Below, in pieces: positions 55,776-64,000 of a DNA stretch of 64,000 nt. Source of the DNA: Nannocystaceae bacterium (lineage in GTDB: Bacteria > Myxococcota_A > Polyangia > Nannocystales > Nannocystaceae); the NCBI GenBank assembly GCA_017996215.1, contig JAGOHL010000017.1:60118-124117 (forward strand). Reading direction: 5' to 3'. How positions within the stretch are numbered: position 1 is the first letter of the stretch; each line of letters begins with the position of its first letter. The position numbers were made by a program, and so were the translations under genes. The notes beneath the pieces are model-generated. The model was not told the origin of the DNA and ran no database searches. It saw nothing but the letters and a program-made list of their open reading frames with translations.

Positions 55776-56792
55776 TCAATAGCTGTGCTCGTCGAGCTTC
55801 ACCTTGCCGCGGAACACCCAATAGACGATGACCGTGTAGGTCGCGACCAGTGGCATGCCGACCACCGCGATGACGAGCATGCGCCCGAGCGTGCCTTCGG
55901 AGGCGGCCGCGCGGTGGATCTCGAGGCTATGGGCCGCATCGATGCTCGAGTGCACGAGGTTCGGCGCCAACGCCACCGCGACGAGGCCCGTCAGCGCCGC
56001 GATCGTGCAGCACGACGACACGAACGCCGAGCCGGCGCGGCCCCGGTGGATTGCGCGGGGAATGTTGGCGATTGCGAGCACGTGCAGGACCACGAGGATC
56101 CACGCGACCGGCCAGCGCGAGAGCCCTGCGGTCGCGTGGGGGATCCCCAGCACCGCGCTGAGCGACACCGCCAGCCATGCGGCCAGGAACGCGACGAAGC
56201 TGCGCCACATCCAACCCACGGTGCGGCGCTGCAGTGCGCCCTCGGTCTTCAGGTGCAGGTAGATGCTGCCGTGCATCGCCGCGGTCGCGAGCGCGAGCAC
56301 GCCGACCAGCAGCGGGAACGGCCGCACGAGATCGCCGAGTGTACCGACGAACTCTCGATCGGCGCCGATCGGTACCCCCTGCACCACGTTGCCGAGCAGC
56401 ACGCCACCGACGAATGTCACCGTCGCGCTCGATGCGAAGAACGACGCGTCCCACCAGCGGCGCCATCCTCGACGATCGACCTTGCTGCGGAACTCCAGCG
56501 AGATCGCGCGACCGATCAACGCGAACAGGATCACCATCACCGGCAGGTAGAAGCCGGAGAACAGCGTCGCGTAGGCCTCGGGGAAGGCCCCGAACAGCGC
56601 GCCGCCGAAGGTCACCAGCCACACCTCGTTGCCGTCCCACAGCGGCCCGATGCTGTTGAGCGCGAGCCGGCGCTCTTGCTCGTCGCGCAAGAACACGTGC
56701 AGGATGCCGACCCCGAAGTCGAAGCCGTCGAGGATCGCGTAGCCCATCAGCAGCACGCCGACGAGCGCGAACCACACCCACGCGAGATCCAT
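55776..56792 (-). CDS. cydB: Cytochrome bd ubiquinol oxidase subunit II
   Basis: N-terminus 'WFALVGVLLMGYAILDGFDFGVG...NSIGPLWDGNEVWLVTFGGALFGAFP' is highly similar to CydB. 8-9 TM helices. No cydA adjacent. Confidence 0.8.
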   Translation of the reverse strand: MDLAWVWFALVGVLLMGYAILDGFDFGVGILHVFLRDEQERRLALNSIGPLWDGNEVWLVTFGGALFGAFPEAYATLFSGFYLPVMVILFALIGRAISLEFRSKVDRRGWRRWWDASFFASSATVTFVGGVLLGNVVQGVPIGADREFVGTLGDLVRPFPLLVGVLALATAAMHGSIYLHLKTEGALQRRTVGWMWRSFVAFLAAWLAVSLSAVLGIPHATAGLSRWPVAWILVVLHVLAIANIPRAIHRGRAGSAFVSSCCTIAALTGLVAVALAPNLVHSSIDAAHSLEIHRAAASEGTLGRMLVIAVVGMPLVATYTVIVYWVFRGKVKLDEHSY

Positions 56793-56828
56793 CAGGCACG
56801 CCTCCGGCCGGCGTGCGCGGTGCGTGGG

Positions 56829-57344
56829 CTAGACGCGGTTCCAGATCGCGAATTGATCCTCGACATCGGACAGCGGCATCGCCATGGTCGCGTAGCCGTC
56901 ACCGAAGTAGATCACGTCGCAGACGAGATTGCAGCCGTTCGACTCGCAGTCCCCCGCCAGGGCGCAGGAGAGCTCGAGCTCCCAGCCCGCGCAGTCGAGC
57001 GGGGTCCACGGGGTCTCGCCGTCGGCCGCGGGCGCACGCGCAGCGTTGCTCACGAGCCGCGCCTCGGCGCAGGTCAGGGACAGCGACAGCTCACCGTTGC
57101 CGCGGTGGAGCTCGCCCTCGACCTCGTAGTTGATGCCGTAGGTCTGCACGCCGCCGACGAACTCGACCTCGCCGAGCGTGCCCTCGAGGTCGTCTCGCAG
57201 CAGCATCACCGGGGCGCCCTGCGGCGCATCGGAGTCCCAGCCGCCGGCGAACCGGGTGGCCGTGACCCCTTGATCGCTGCTGTCGGATCCCTGGCAGCTC
57301 GGCATCGCAGCCGCGATCGCGAGGAGGAGTGTGGCTCGGCGCAT
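56829..57344 (-). CDS. Small Cys-containing lipoprotein
   Basis: Signal with lipobox 'AMPSC'. 171 aa with 8 Cys. Start ATG 57344; the track ORF upstream is a low-complexity shadow. Confidence 0.45.
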   Translation of the reverse strand: MRRATLLLAIAAAMPSCQGSDSSDQGVTATRFAGGWDSDAPQGAPVMLLRDDLEGTLGEVEFVGGVQTYGINYEVEGELHRGNGELSLSLTCAEARLVSNAARAPAADGETPWTPLDCAGWELELSCALAGDCESNGCNLVCDVIYFGDGYATMAMPLSDVEDQFAIWNRV

Positions 57345-57484
57345 GGTCGTGATCCCGCGCCCGAGAGATCGGCGCGCAGCCCGGGATATCGCGGGGCCGC
57401 CATGGCCGGCAAATTCCCGGCGGATCCGGGCGGCTACGCCGCAGGCGACGTACGAGCCGTGCACGTCGCCTGCGGGCGGGGACT

Positions 57485-59515
57485 TCACGGCCGCTGTTCG
57501 GCCGCGAGCACCTCGGCGAGCTGCCGCTCGGCCTTGCCGTCGGGCATCGACATCACGCCGATCGACACCTCCGGCGGCTCCGGCAGCGGGGACATGGGGT
57601 CGACGTCGCCACCACCCTCGGAGCACATGCAGTCGAACCCACCTGCCCTGGCGAGTAGCGCGGTCTCCGGGCACATCGCATCGACACACGCGAGATCCCC
57701 GAGCGGCGGGCCGCCCCACGTGTTGGTGCTCGAGCACCCACAGTCGTCGTCCATGAACTGCCCGAGCGGACACGTCACGGGGGTCTTGCACTCGCTCCCG
57801 GTCGGTGCACCGCCGCCGAACTCCCCGCACATCTCGTCGGCGGCCGTCGAGTCGTGGTCGTCGGGCACGGGATGCGACTTGCGCGGATCCTCGCCGGGCT
57901 TGCGCTTGAACAACGCATCGAAGAACGCTCCGCGGTCGGCAAACCCATCCTTGGTCAGCACGCCCATGCTGAGGAGCTCCTGACACGCGGGGTTCTTCGG
58001 ATCGAAGCCCCCGGGCTCGAGGCCGCCCGCCGCGTCACCGCCGTCGGCTGCACCCGTGGCCTCACCTTCGTCACCCTCGCCACCGGTATCGCCACCACTG
58101 GCGCTCGTCGTGGTGCTGCTGCTCGACGTCGTGGTGCTGCTGCTCGTGGTGCTGCTGCTCGACGTCGTGGTGCTGCTGCTCGACGTCGTGGTGCTGCTGC
58201 TCGACGTGCTGCTGGTCGTTCCGCTGCTGCCGGGGCAACCGCTGACGCACACGGGGTCGCCCGCCGCGTTGTTCTCACACTTTGCGCCCGGCTGATAGCA
58301 CCCCGCCTCCCGCGCACGATCGATGTAGTCCATCCCGGTCGTCACCAGCTCGACCGCTTCGATCCATTTCTTCACCGCGTAGACGATCCCCTGTTGACCA
58401 GGGTTGGTGATCCAGCCCGACCCCGGGATCCAGCCCGTCGGATTGAGGGCCGGGCCGTCGGCGAGCGGATTTCCCTCATCCGTCGCAAGGCACTCCTGCA
58501 TGGACGTCAGCAAGCCCATGCCGTCGGCGATCTCCTGCGCCATGCTCGCGGAGCAATCGTCTTCGGTGAATCCATCGAGCGGGCTGGTGCTACCCGACAT
58601 CGCACCTCCGCTGGCGCGATTGTCACAATAGTCGCTCAGCCACGAGATCTCGTCTTCGCTGAAGCCATAGCTTCCCTGGAGTTCGTCTTGCAGCGGCGTC
58701 GCCCCGCCGGGCATCTTGCCGCCGCTCTCGGCGGCGAGCTGCTCGCACATTTCCTCGATCGTTCCCCAGCCGCCGGGCGTACCCGTGGCCGCACAGCTTC
58801 CGCCGGCAACGATGGAGGCCGGCGCAAGCACACCGCTCTTGTACGTCGGCCCCGCCAGGTCGCAGAGCGCGTCATTGACGAGCACGTCGCCCATGATCGT
58901 CGCAAGATCACTGCGTGCGATCACGTCGGCGTCGAGGCCGATCATCTGCTCCACCACCACGCGCGCAGCGGCTCCTCGAATCGCTCGCTCGGCGAGGTCG
59001 TTCCGGTACGCGACCCGGACGTGGACGCTGGGCGCAGGCTCGTCGGCGAACCACACGACATCACGCATGCGATTGGCGTTGGCCGCCGACACCGCGACCA
59101 CGGCGGGATCACGCGACCATGCGGTGCAATCCTGGTAGCTGAGCAGCAGACCTTCGAGCCCATCGGCGCCCGCCTCTGCGACGTACTCGAGGAGGTCGTC
59201 TTGACGCACGGCGCACTCATCGGGCGTCAGGTAGCGCAGCACTGCGAGTTCTGCACGCGTCACACGGGCGTACGCCTTGCCGTCGCGAATCGCGTACGAG
59301 TGTTGAATTGCGGAGAACATCTCGCCTCCCGCGTAGCCCGTGCCACTGACCCACTCGGAATGGCGAGAGCGGAACTCCGCGAGCGCCGAGTTCGCGTTCA
59401 CCGGATTCTCGGCAGCGTTGGCCTGCGGCACGAAGTACGTGGAATCCGGTAGCTGCCCGACGGCGGCGACCAGCAATGGCGTGGCGATGCATGCGGTGAT
59501 GAATGTGCGCTTCAT
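57485..59515 (-). CDS. Large secreted protein with poly-Ser/Thr linker and Cys-rich C-terminal domain
   Basis: Signal peptide (MKRTFITACIATPLLVAAVG), ~400 aa N-domain, (SSSTTTS)n linker encoded by a 21-bp DNA tandem repeat, Cys-rich C-terminal ~190 aa. Confidence 0.6.
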   Translation of the reverse strand: MKRTFITACIATPLLVAAVGQLPDSTYFVPQANAAENPVNANSALAEFRSRHSEWVSGTGYAGGEMFSAIQHSYAIRDGKAYARVTRAELAVLRYLTPDECAVRQDDLLEYVAEAGADGLEGLLLSYQDCTAWSRDPAVVAVSAANANRMRDVVWFADEPAPSVHVRVAYRNDLAERAIRGAAARVVVEQMIGLDADVIARSDLATIMGDVLVNDALCDLAGPTYKSGVLAPASIVAGGSCAATGTPGGWGTIEEMCEQLAAESGGKMPGGATPLQDELQGSYGFSEDEISWLSDYCDNRASGGAMSGSTSPLDGFTEDDCSASMAQEIADGMGLLTSMQECLATDEGNPLADGPALNPTGWIPGSGWITNPGQQGIVYAVKKWIEAVELVTTGMDYIDRAREAGCYQPGAKCENNAAGDPVCVSGCPGSSGTTSSTSSSSTTTSSSSTTTSSSSTTSSSTTTSSSSTTTSASGGDTGGEGDEGEATGAADGGDAAGGLEPGGFDPKNPACQELLSMGVLTKDGFADRGAFFDALFKRKPGEDPRKSHPVPDDHDSTAADEMCGEFGGGAPTGSECKTPVTCPLGQFMDDDCGCSSTNTWGGPPLGDLACVDAMCPETALLARAGGFDCMCSEGGGDVDPMSPLPEPPEVSIGVMSMPDGKAERQLAEVLAAEQRP
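58100..58220. repeat. Coding 21-bp tandem repeat (about 5 copies) encoding the poly-Ser/Thr linker
   Basis: Unit gacgtcgtggtgctgctgctc repeated head-to-tail with minor variants. Translates on the minus strand to (SSSTTTS)n. Confidence 0.7.
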
Positions 59516-59656
59516 GGCAGCGCCCGATTCATCAAGTTGCGTGCCAACCCGAACGCAACGCCGTCATCGTGGATTCATGTGAGGCGCTCGCACGACGCGT
59601 CGTGAGCCGCACAGCGGGACAGGTGCCGGTGTCCCCGGTGTCACCAGGGCGACGCC

Positions 59657-60823
59657 TCAGGCGACGTACGCCACGATCGACTCGATGGTCCGGCTCGCGC
59701 GACTCGCCGGCGTGATGCGCACCAACAGATCGCGGGCCCAGCACGCGAGCGGTGACTCCCACTGTGCGATTGCACCGAGGCGACGGGCGCCGCGCTGGAT
59801 GTCGTCGACGCGTGCGCGCCGGCGCTGCGCCCAGGCATGGAAGGCATCGGCGGCGCGCACGTGGGCGACCAGCTCGCGGGCGAGCACGACGGCGTCCTCG
59901 ATCGCCATCGCGGCGCCTTGCCCGAAGTTCGGCGTCATCGCGTGGGCGGCATCACCGATGAGCCCGACCGGGCCGTCGTGCCAGCGCGGCAGCTCGATCT
60001 CTTCGATGTCGTGGTGCAGCAATCGCTGCTGGCCGTCACCCATCGCGGCGGCGACGGCGGTGAACGGCCCCCCGAAGGCCGCGAAGCGCTCGCGTACGCT
60101 CGCAACCGTCGCAGCCCCGTGCTCGCCGGCGGTGCCGCGGGGCGCGTTGGCGACCATGAACGCGTAGACCTGCTCGCCGACGAGCGGCACCAAGCCGACG
60201 CGCTTGCCCTCGCCCCACATCTCGACGGCGCGCTCGAGCCCGCCCGCGACGGCGCCGGTCCAACGCCAGCAGGTGTAGCCGGCGTAGCGCGGCTCGATCG
60301 CACCGAACGCCAGCGCACGCACGGCCGAACGGACACCGTCGGCACCGATCATCGCGCGGTGCTGTCCGGTCACGCCGTCACTGCGCACCACCTCGACGCC
60401 GGTCGGGGTCGACACGAAGTCGCGCACGGTCGTGCCGCAGGTGACGCGCACGCGCGCGCCGTGGAGATCGCCGGCGTGCTCGAGGCCCTGCGCGAGGACT
60501 TCGTGGAGATCGCCGCGGTGGATCGCATACGCGTCGCCGTGTCGCGCCGCGATGCCGGCGAGGTCGGTCATCGACAGCACGCGGCCGCTCGCATCGGTGA
60601 TCGCCGCAACCCCCATCGCGCGACCACGCGCGGCCACGGCCGCACCGACGCCGATGCCCGCGAGCGCCCGCATGGCGTTGGCCCCGAGCGTGATGCCAGC
60701 TCCCTCGGCGCGCAGGCTCGGCGAACGCTCGAGCAGATCCACGTCGATACCCTCCTGCGCCAACGCGCGCGCCAACACCAGGCCGGCGATGCCACCACCG
60801 ACGATCAGAACGGACTGTCTCAT
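59657..60823 (-). CDS. FAD-dependent monooxygenase (UbiH/salicylate-hydroxylase-like, group A flavoprotein)
   Basis: 'VLIVGGGIAGLVLA' FAD motif, 'GADGVRSAVR', and C-terminal 'GDAAHAMTPNFGQGAAMAIEDA'. Start ATG 60823. Confidence 0.85.
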   Translation of the reverse strand: MRQSVLIVGGGIAGLVLARALAQEGIDVDLLERSPSLRAEGAGITLGANAMRALAGIGVGAAVAARGRAMGVAAITDASGRVLSMTDLAGIAARHGDAYAIHRGDLHEVLAQGLEHAGDLHGARVRVTCGTTVRDFVSTPTGVEVVRSDGVTGQHRAMIGADGVRSAVRALAFGAIEPRYAGYTCWRWTGAVAGGLERAVEMWGEGKRVGLVPLVGEQVYAFMVANAPRGTAGEHGAATVASVRERFAAFGGPFTAVAAAMGDGQQRLLHHDIEEIELPRWHDGPVGLIGDAAHAMTPNFGQGAAMAIEDAVVLARELVAHVRAADAFHAWAQRRRARVDDIQRGARRLGAIAQWESPLACWARDLLVRITPASRASRTIESIVAYVA

Positions 60824-60844
60824 CTGGACTTCACTCCCTCGCGA

Positions 60845-60872
60845 CCAAGCCACCTGCGCGGCGTCGGCTTGG
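60845..60872. promoter_or_regulatory. Inverted repeat in the monooxygenase/TetR divergent region (candidate operator)
   Basis: CCAAGCC-N14-GGCTTGG perfect 7-bp arms between the divergent starts 60823 and 60914. Confidence 0.4.
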
Positions 60873-60913
60873 TTATGATGCGAGCGCCGCGATTGCGGCA
60901 CTCGCAACTGCGC

Positions 60914-61534
60914 ATGGCCGTCGACCCTCGCAAGTCCCCGAAACAACGGCGTTCTCGGGTCACCATCGACGTGATCCTCGAGGCCACGGCTCGCATCGTC
61001 GGGCAGGTCGGGCTCGATCGCGCGACCACCAATCGCATCGCGGAGGTCGCGGGCGTGAGCATCGGCTCGCTGTATCAGTACTTCCCCGGCAAGGAGGCAC
61101 TGCTCGCCGCGCTGATCGAGCGCGAGGCGAGCGCAGACCTCGAGGCCCTGCGCGTGCACTTCGAGGCCAGCGCTTCGTTGCCGCTGGCGGTCGCCATCGA
61201 TCGCGCGTGCGAGGAGCTCGTGGCCCGGCACGCGCGCAACCCGGGGCTGTACCGATGGATGCTCACCTACGTGCCCGCGCTCGGACAACACGCGAAGATC
61301 CGCGCCATCGCGGCGCAGGGGCGCGCGCTGCTGCGGGACATGCTCGGACGCCGTCGCGGCGAGCTCGATCGCGAGCTCGAGCCGGCACTCGCCGCGATGA
61401 TCCTCGGCAGCGCGATCGAGGCCGCGGTGCACACCGCGATCTTCGAGCGCCCCGAGACCCTCGGTGACGGCACCCTCGCGCGCGAGCTCGGCCGGCTCTG
61501 CCGTGGCTACCTCGGGGTGTCGTCCGACGATTGA
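60914..61534 (+). CDS. TetR-family transcriptional regulator
   Basis: HTH 'ILEATARIVGQVGLDRATTNRIAEVAGVSIGSLYQYFPGKEALL'. Divergent from the monooxygenase. Confidence 0.8.
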   Translation: MAVDPRKSPKQRRSRVTIDVILEATARIVGQVGLDRATTNRIAEVAGVSIGSLYQYFPGKEALLAALIEREASADLEALRVHFEASASLPLAVAIDRACEELVARHARNPGLYRWMLTYVPALGQHAKIRAIAAQGRALLRDMLGRRRGELDRELEPALAAMILGSAIEAAVHTAIFERPETLGDGTLARELGRLCRGYLGVSSDD

Positions 61535-61658
61535 CACCAGCGGTGCAGGTCACCGCTGGCCAGGCGGCGAACGAAGCTGACGCAAACACTGCCAACCGTG
61601 AGGGGGCGCTCCGGTTTCGTCAGGCATCCGGGTTCCCAGGCACTACACTCATCGAGTC

Positions 61659-62792
61659 GTGCGTGGGTCCGTCGCTACCATCGCCTTCGCGAGCACTGCG
61701 TCGTTCGCCTGTGCAGACGCGCGCCCACGCGTTGCCACCGACGACACGGTCGCGCCCGATCCTGCCGTACCCCGGCTGGTCCGTGCGACGCCACGGCGAG
61801 CGTTCCCGACCGATGGGCTCGACATCGTGATCGCCCGCGATCGCATGCTGCTGGGTGACGTGCGGGTCGCGAAGATCGTCGCGGGGCGCGTCGCGGCCGA
61901 CGAGGTCGAGCACCATCGTGTCGCTGCGCTGGCGCAGCAGCTCCGTGATGCCCCACCGACGGTGCCCGTGGTGATCCGCGCCGACGAGCTCACGCGCTTC
62001 GGTGCGGTGATCGACGCGATGTACACCGCCCACGGTGATGGCCGCGACGAGTTCGCCATCGCCGTGGCACCCGTGAACGCCGATGGCGTGGCCGGTGTCA
62101 TCAGCGTGATTCCGTCGCGGACGTGGGACCACGACATCGACGAGGGCGTGCACGACCTCGTGTGTTTCACGGTGGCACGCGTCGCCGACGCCACGGTCGA
62201 GCTCGAGGTGTGCGGCGAAGCGCCGAGCCGTTTCGCGCTCGATGACGCCGAAGGCATGCGCGGTCACCTCACAGGTCCCGGCTGGAACCACCACGTGCGG
62301 GTGGTCGCCGATGCGGACGCGCAGTGGTCGAGCATCGTACGCGTCATCGATGCCCTCGGTGGTCCGCCGTGGGACCACGATGCCATCGACGCGCGCACGA
62401 TTCGCCCGCACTACATCGTGCTCGACCTCGATCCGCGGATCCCGTGGCGCGCAGGCCGATGGGATCAGCTGCGCGTGCGGCTCGCGGACATCGAGCTGAT
62501 CGAGTACGCCGATCGCCGCCGCGATCGCGCAGCGCTCGAGACACGGGCCACCGCCATGATCCCCGCGCTCGAGCGCTGTCTACGGGGCTCCGACGAGCTG
62601 CGATTGCGCGTGCCCGACCGCATCACGATCGTCCTGGCGACCCATCCCGAGCTGGGCGACGTCGCGTTCACGGCCGATCGCAGCGCGCCCGCGTGCGTCG
62701 CGACGCTGGTGGCCCCGCTCGCCCCGCGCATCGTCGAAGTGGTGCCCGGCGACGCCGAGCTACACTTCGCGATCGACGTGCCCCCCGAGTGA
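61659..62792 (+). CDS. Hypothetical secreted protein with two ExbD/TolR-like segments
   Basis: GTG start, signal peptide (TIAFASTASFACADA). Two internally similar segments ('PVVIRADELTRFGAVIDAMYTAHG' and 'HVRVVADADAQWSSIVRVIDALGG') resemble the ExbD/TolR periplasmic domain. Weak call. Confidence 0.4.
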   Translation: MRGSVATIAFASTASFACADARPRVATDDTVAPDPAVPRLVRATPRRAFPTDGLDIVIARDRMLLGDVRVAKIVAGRVAADEVEHHRVAALAQQLRDAPPTVPVVIRADELTRFGAVIDAMYTAHGDGRDEFAIAVAPVNADGVAGVISVIPSRTWDHDIDEGVHDLVCFTVARVADATVELEVCGEAPSRFALDDAEGMRGHLTGPGWNHHVRVVADADAQWSSIVRVIDALGGPPWDHDAIDARTIRPHYIVLDLDPRIPWRAGRWDQLRVRLADIELIEYADRRRDRAALETRATAMIPALERCLRGSDELRLRVPDRITIVLATHPELGDVAFTADRSAPACVATLVAPLAPRIVEVVPGDAELHFAIDVPPE

Positions 62793-62814
62793 CCTCCGCC
62801 CGAGGCGCCTCCGA

Positions 62815-63210
62815 TCAGAACCAGTAGTCCGCCACGCAACGACCATCGCGCGGTAGGTCGTCGAACGTGTCGAGCCCATCGAAGTGATCGATCGGGATGT
62901 GGCCGACCGCCTCGGGCGCCGCGAGTCGAAGATTGACGGCAAGGCGCCGGCGCCCCTCGCCGTCGAGCTCGCGCGCACGCCAGAAGCCCACGCATCCGCA
63001 CGCTCGACAGAAGTGGAACTCGATCGCGCGGCCACGCACGTAGGCCTGCGTCTCGCCCTCCACCGCGACCCCCTCGCCCTCGAAGTCGTAGCCCCAGAGC
63101 GCGCCGTAACGCCGACACACGGTGCAGTTGCACGCCGTCGCGCCGTCGACCTCGGCCGTGAATCGCCAACGCACCGCGCCGCAGTGACAGCTCCCCTCGA
63201 TCATCGCCAA
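62815..63210 (-). CDS. GFA-family (glutathione-dependent formaldehyde-activating / CENP-V-like) protein
   Basis: 'GSCHCGAVRW...CNCTVC...CRACG' Zn-binding Cys pattern of PF04828. 131 aa. Confidence 0.75.
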   Translation of the reverse strand: MAMIEGSCHCGAVRWRFTAEVDGATACNCTVCRRYGALWGYDFEGEGVAVEGETQAYVRGRAIEFHFCRACGCVGFWRARELDGEGRRRLAVNLRLAAPEAVGHIPIDHFDGLDTFDDLPRDGRCVADYWF

Positions 63211-63439
63211 TCCTCGTCCGCGACCGCGCGACGGCGCCGCGCCGGCACGCTAGCGCGCGGTCCTGTGCGAGTGCAACCGTCGGCGACGCGCCCCGGCTGG
63301 CTGGCTCAGAAGCGGATGCGAATGCCGCCCGGCCGAAGCGCGACACGTCGACCCGCTGCTCCGGCGAAGCTCGGTCGCCGCGATCGATGCGCCCCGAGGA
63401 ACGACCCGGCGACGATCGTCCCGACGCCACGCGGGGTCG

Positions 63440-64000
63440 GCGTCGTGCGATGCTCGGGCTCCGCACCGTGCTCCACCTCGTCGACGTCGCCGATGCCCGA
63501 TCCGCCGAGCGCTTCGTCGATCGTTTGCTCGTCGCGGGCATCGATTCGACGGTGCGCGAGGGTGCCGATGGTGGACGCGAGCTGTGGGTGGTCGACGACG
63601 ATCGGCTCGAGGCCGCGCAAGCGGTGATCGCTCGCGACGACGACGACGAGCGCGAGACTCGGCGCAAGGCCAAGGCGCTGCGCGCCGAGCAGGCCGCGAG
63701 CCATCGCGATCATGCCAGCCGCTCGGTGGATCTCCGCAATCGTTGGCGCAGCGCCACCGGCACGGAGCTGTCGCCGCTGACGACGATGCTGGTGGTCGCG
63801 AGCGCGATGGTGGCGTGGTCGACCTCGCTGGGAGATCCTTCGACGCCGACGCTGCAGGCGCTGTCGATCGAGCCATGGCTCTCGAGCGAGCGCTTTGGGC
63901 AGGTGATGCAGGGTGAGATCTGGCGGTTGTTGACGCCGATGTTCATCCACTTCGGCTTCTTCCACCTGCTGTTCAACATGTCGTGGGTGCTGACGTTCGG
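63440..64000 (+). CDS. Rhomboid-family intramembrane serine protease (3' partial, runs off the window)
   Basis: Soluble N-terminal domain, then TM1 and the conserved L1/TM2 segment 'GEIWRLLTPMFIHFGFFHLLFNM'. Open to the end of the window (not in the ORF track because there is no stop). Confidence 0.6.

Noticed and set aside
1-64000. Search for tRNA, rRNA, CRISPR arrays, IS elements and integrases
   Set aside because: No T-loop-like GTTCGAATC-type motifs or cloverleaf-compatible segments in the few intergenic regions. No direct-repeat/spacer array. No transposase, integrase or recombinase-like ORFs in any frame.

Overview
The window is about 70% GC and is densely coding on both strands. Base composition, the abundance of lipoproteins, a Ser/Thr kinase, ECF sigma factors, Cys-rich secreted repeat proteins and a DevBCA-type exporter point to a Myxococcota-like chromosome (inference). 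I support 56 protein-coding genes (two are partial at the window edges). I found no rRNA, tRNA, CRISPR array, transposase or integrase. The ORF track translates GTG/TTG starts as M, and the high GC generates very long antisense shadow ORFs, so I chose frames by conserved motifs and amino-acid composition and re-derived many starts at internal Met/GTG/TTG codons.

Gene content along the window:
- 3 to 2.8 kb: a B12-type radical SAM enzyme (partial) and a beta-propeller lipoprotein.
- 2.9 to 7.8 kb: an HflC/HflK-like SPFH pair and HflX, separated by an unrelated gene.
- 7.9 to 15.8 kb: a heparinase II/III-like protein, a DevB-DevC-DevA type tripartite ABC exporter, a UDP-sugar dehydrogenase and a WecA-like transferase.
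- 15.9 to 19.5 kb: several lipoproteins, an FGE-sulfatase-domain lipoprotein and a MAPEG protein.
- 19.7 to 21.2 kb: an M50 (S2P-like) protease directly upstream of an ECF sigma factor.
- 21.7 to 28.3 kb: a Crp/Fnr regulator, S41 peptidase and lipoprotein operon; a DUF971 protein; two Cys-rich secreted proteins; a roadblock-like small protein; a CtpA-like S41 peptidase.
- 30.9 to 32.6 kb: two tandem paralogous zinc-ribbon/TM proteins with a GTGA overlap.
- 32.6 to 38.7 kb: an S9 prolyl oligopeptidase and formate-THF ligase.
- 38.8 to 43.0 kb: a bacterial Major Vault Protein homolog (839 aa) followed within 12 bp by a beta-helix/CBM lipoprotein. This is the most interesting locus.
- 46.0 to 49.8 kb: a long Ser/Thr kinase divergent from a second, paralogous ECF sigma factor.
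- 49.8 to 64.0 kb: three TetR regulators paired with an SDR, a P450 and an FAD monooxygenase; a polysaccharide flippase; Dps; an orphan CydB; a Ser/Thr-rich secreted protein with a 21-bp tandem repeat; a GFA-family protein; a partial rhomboid protease.
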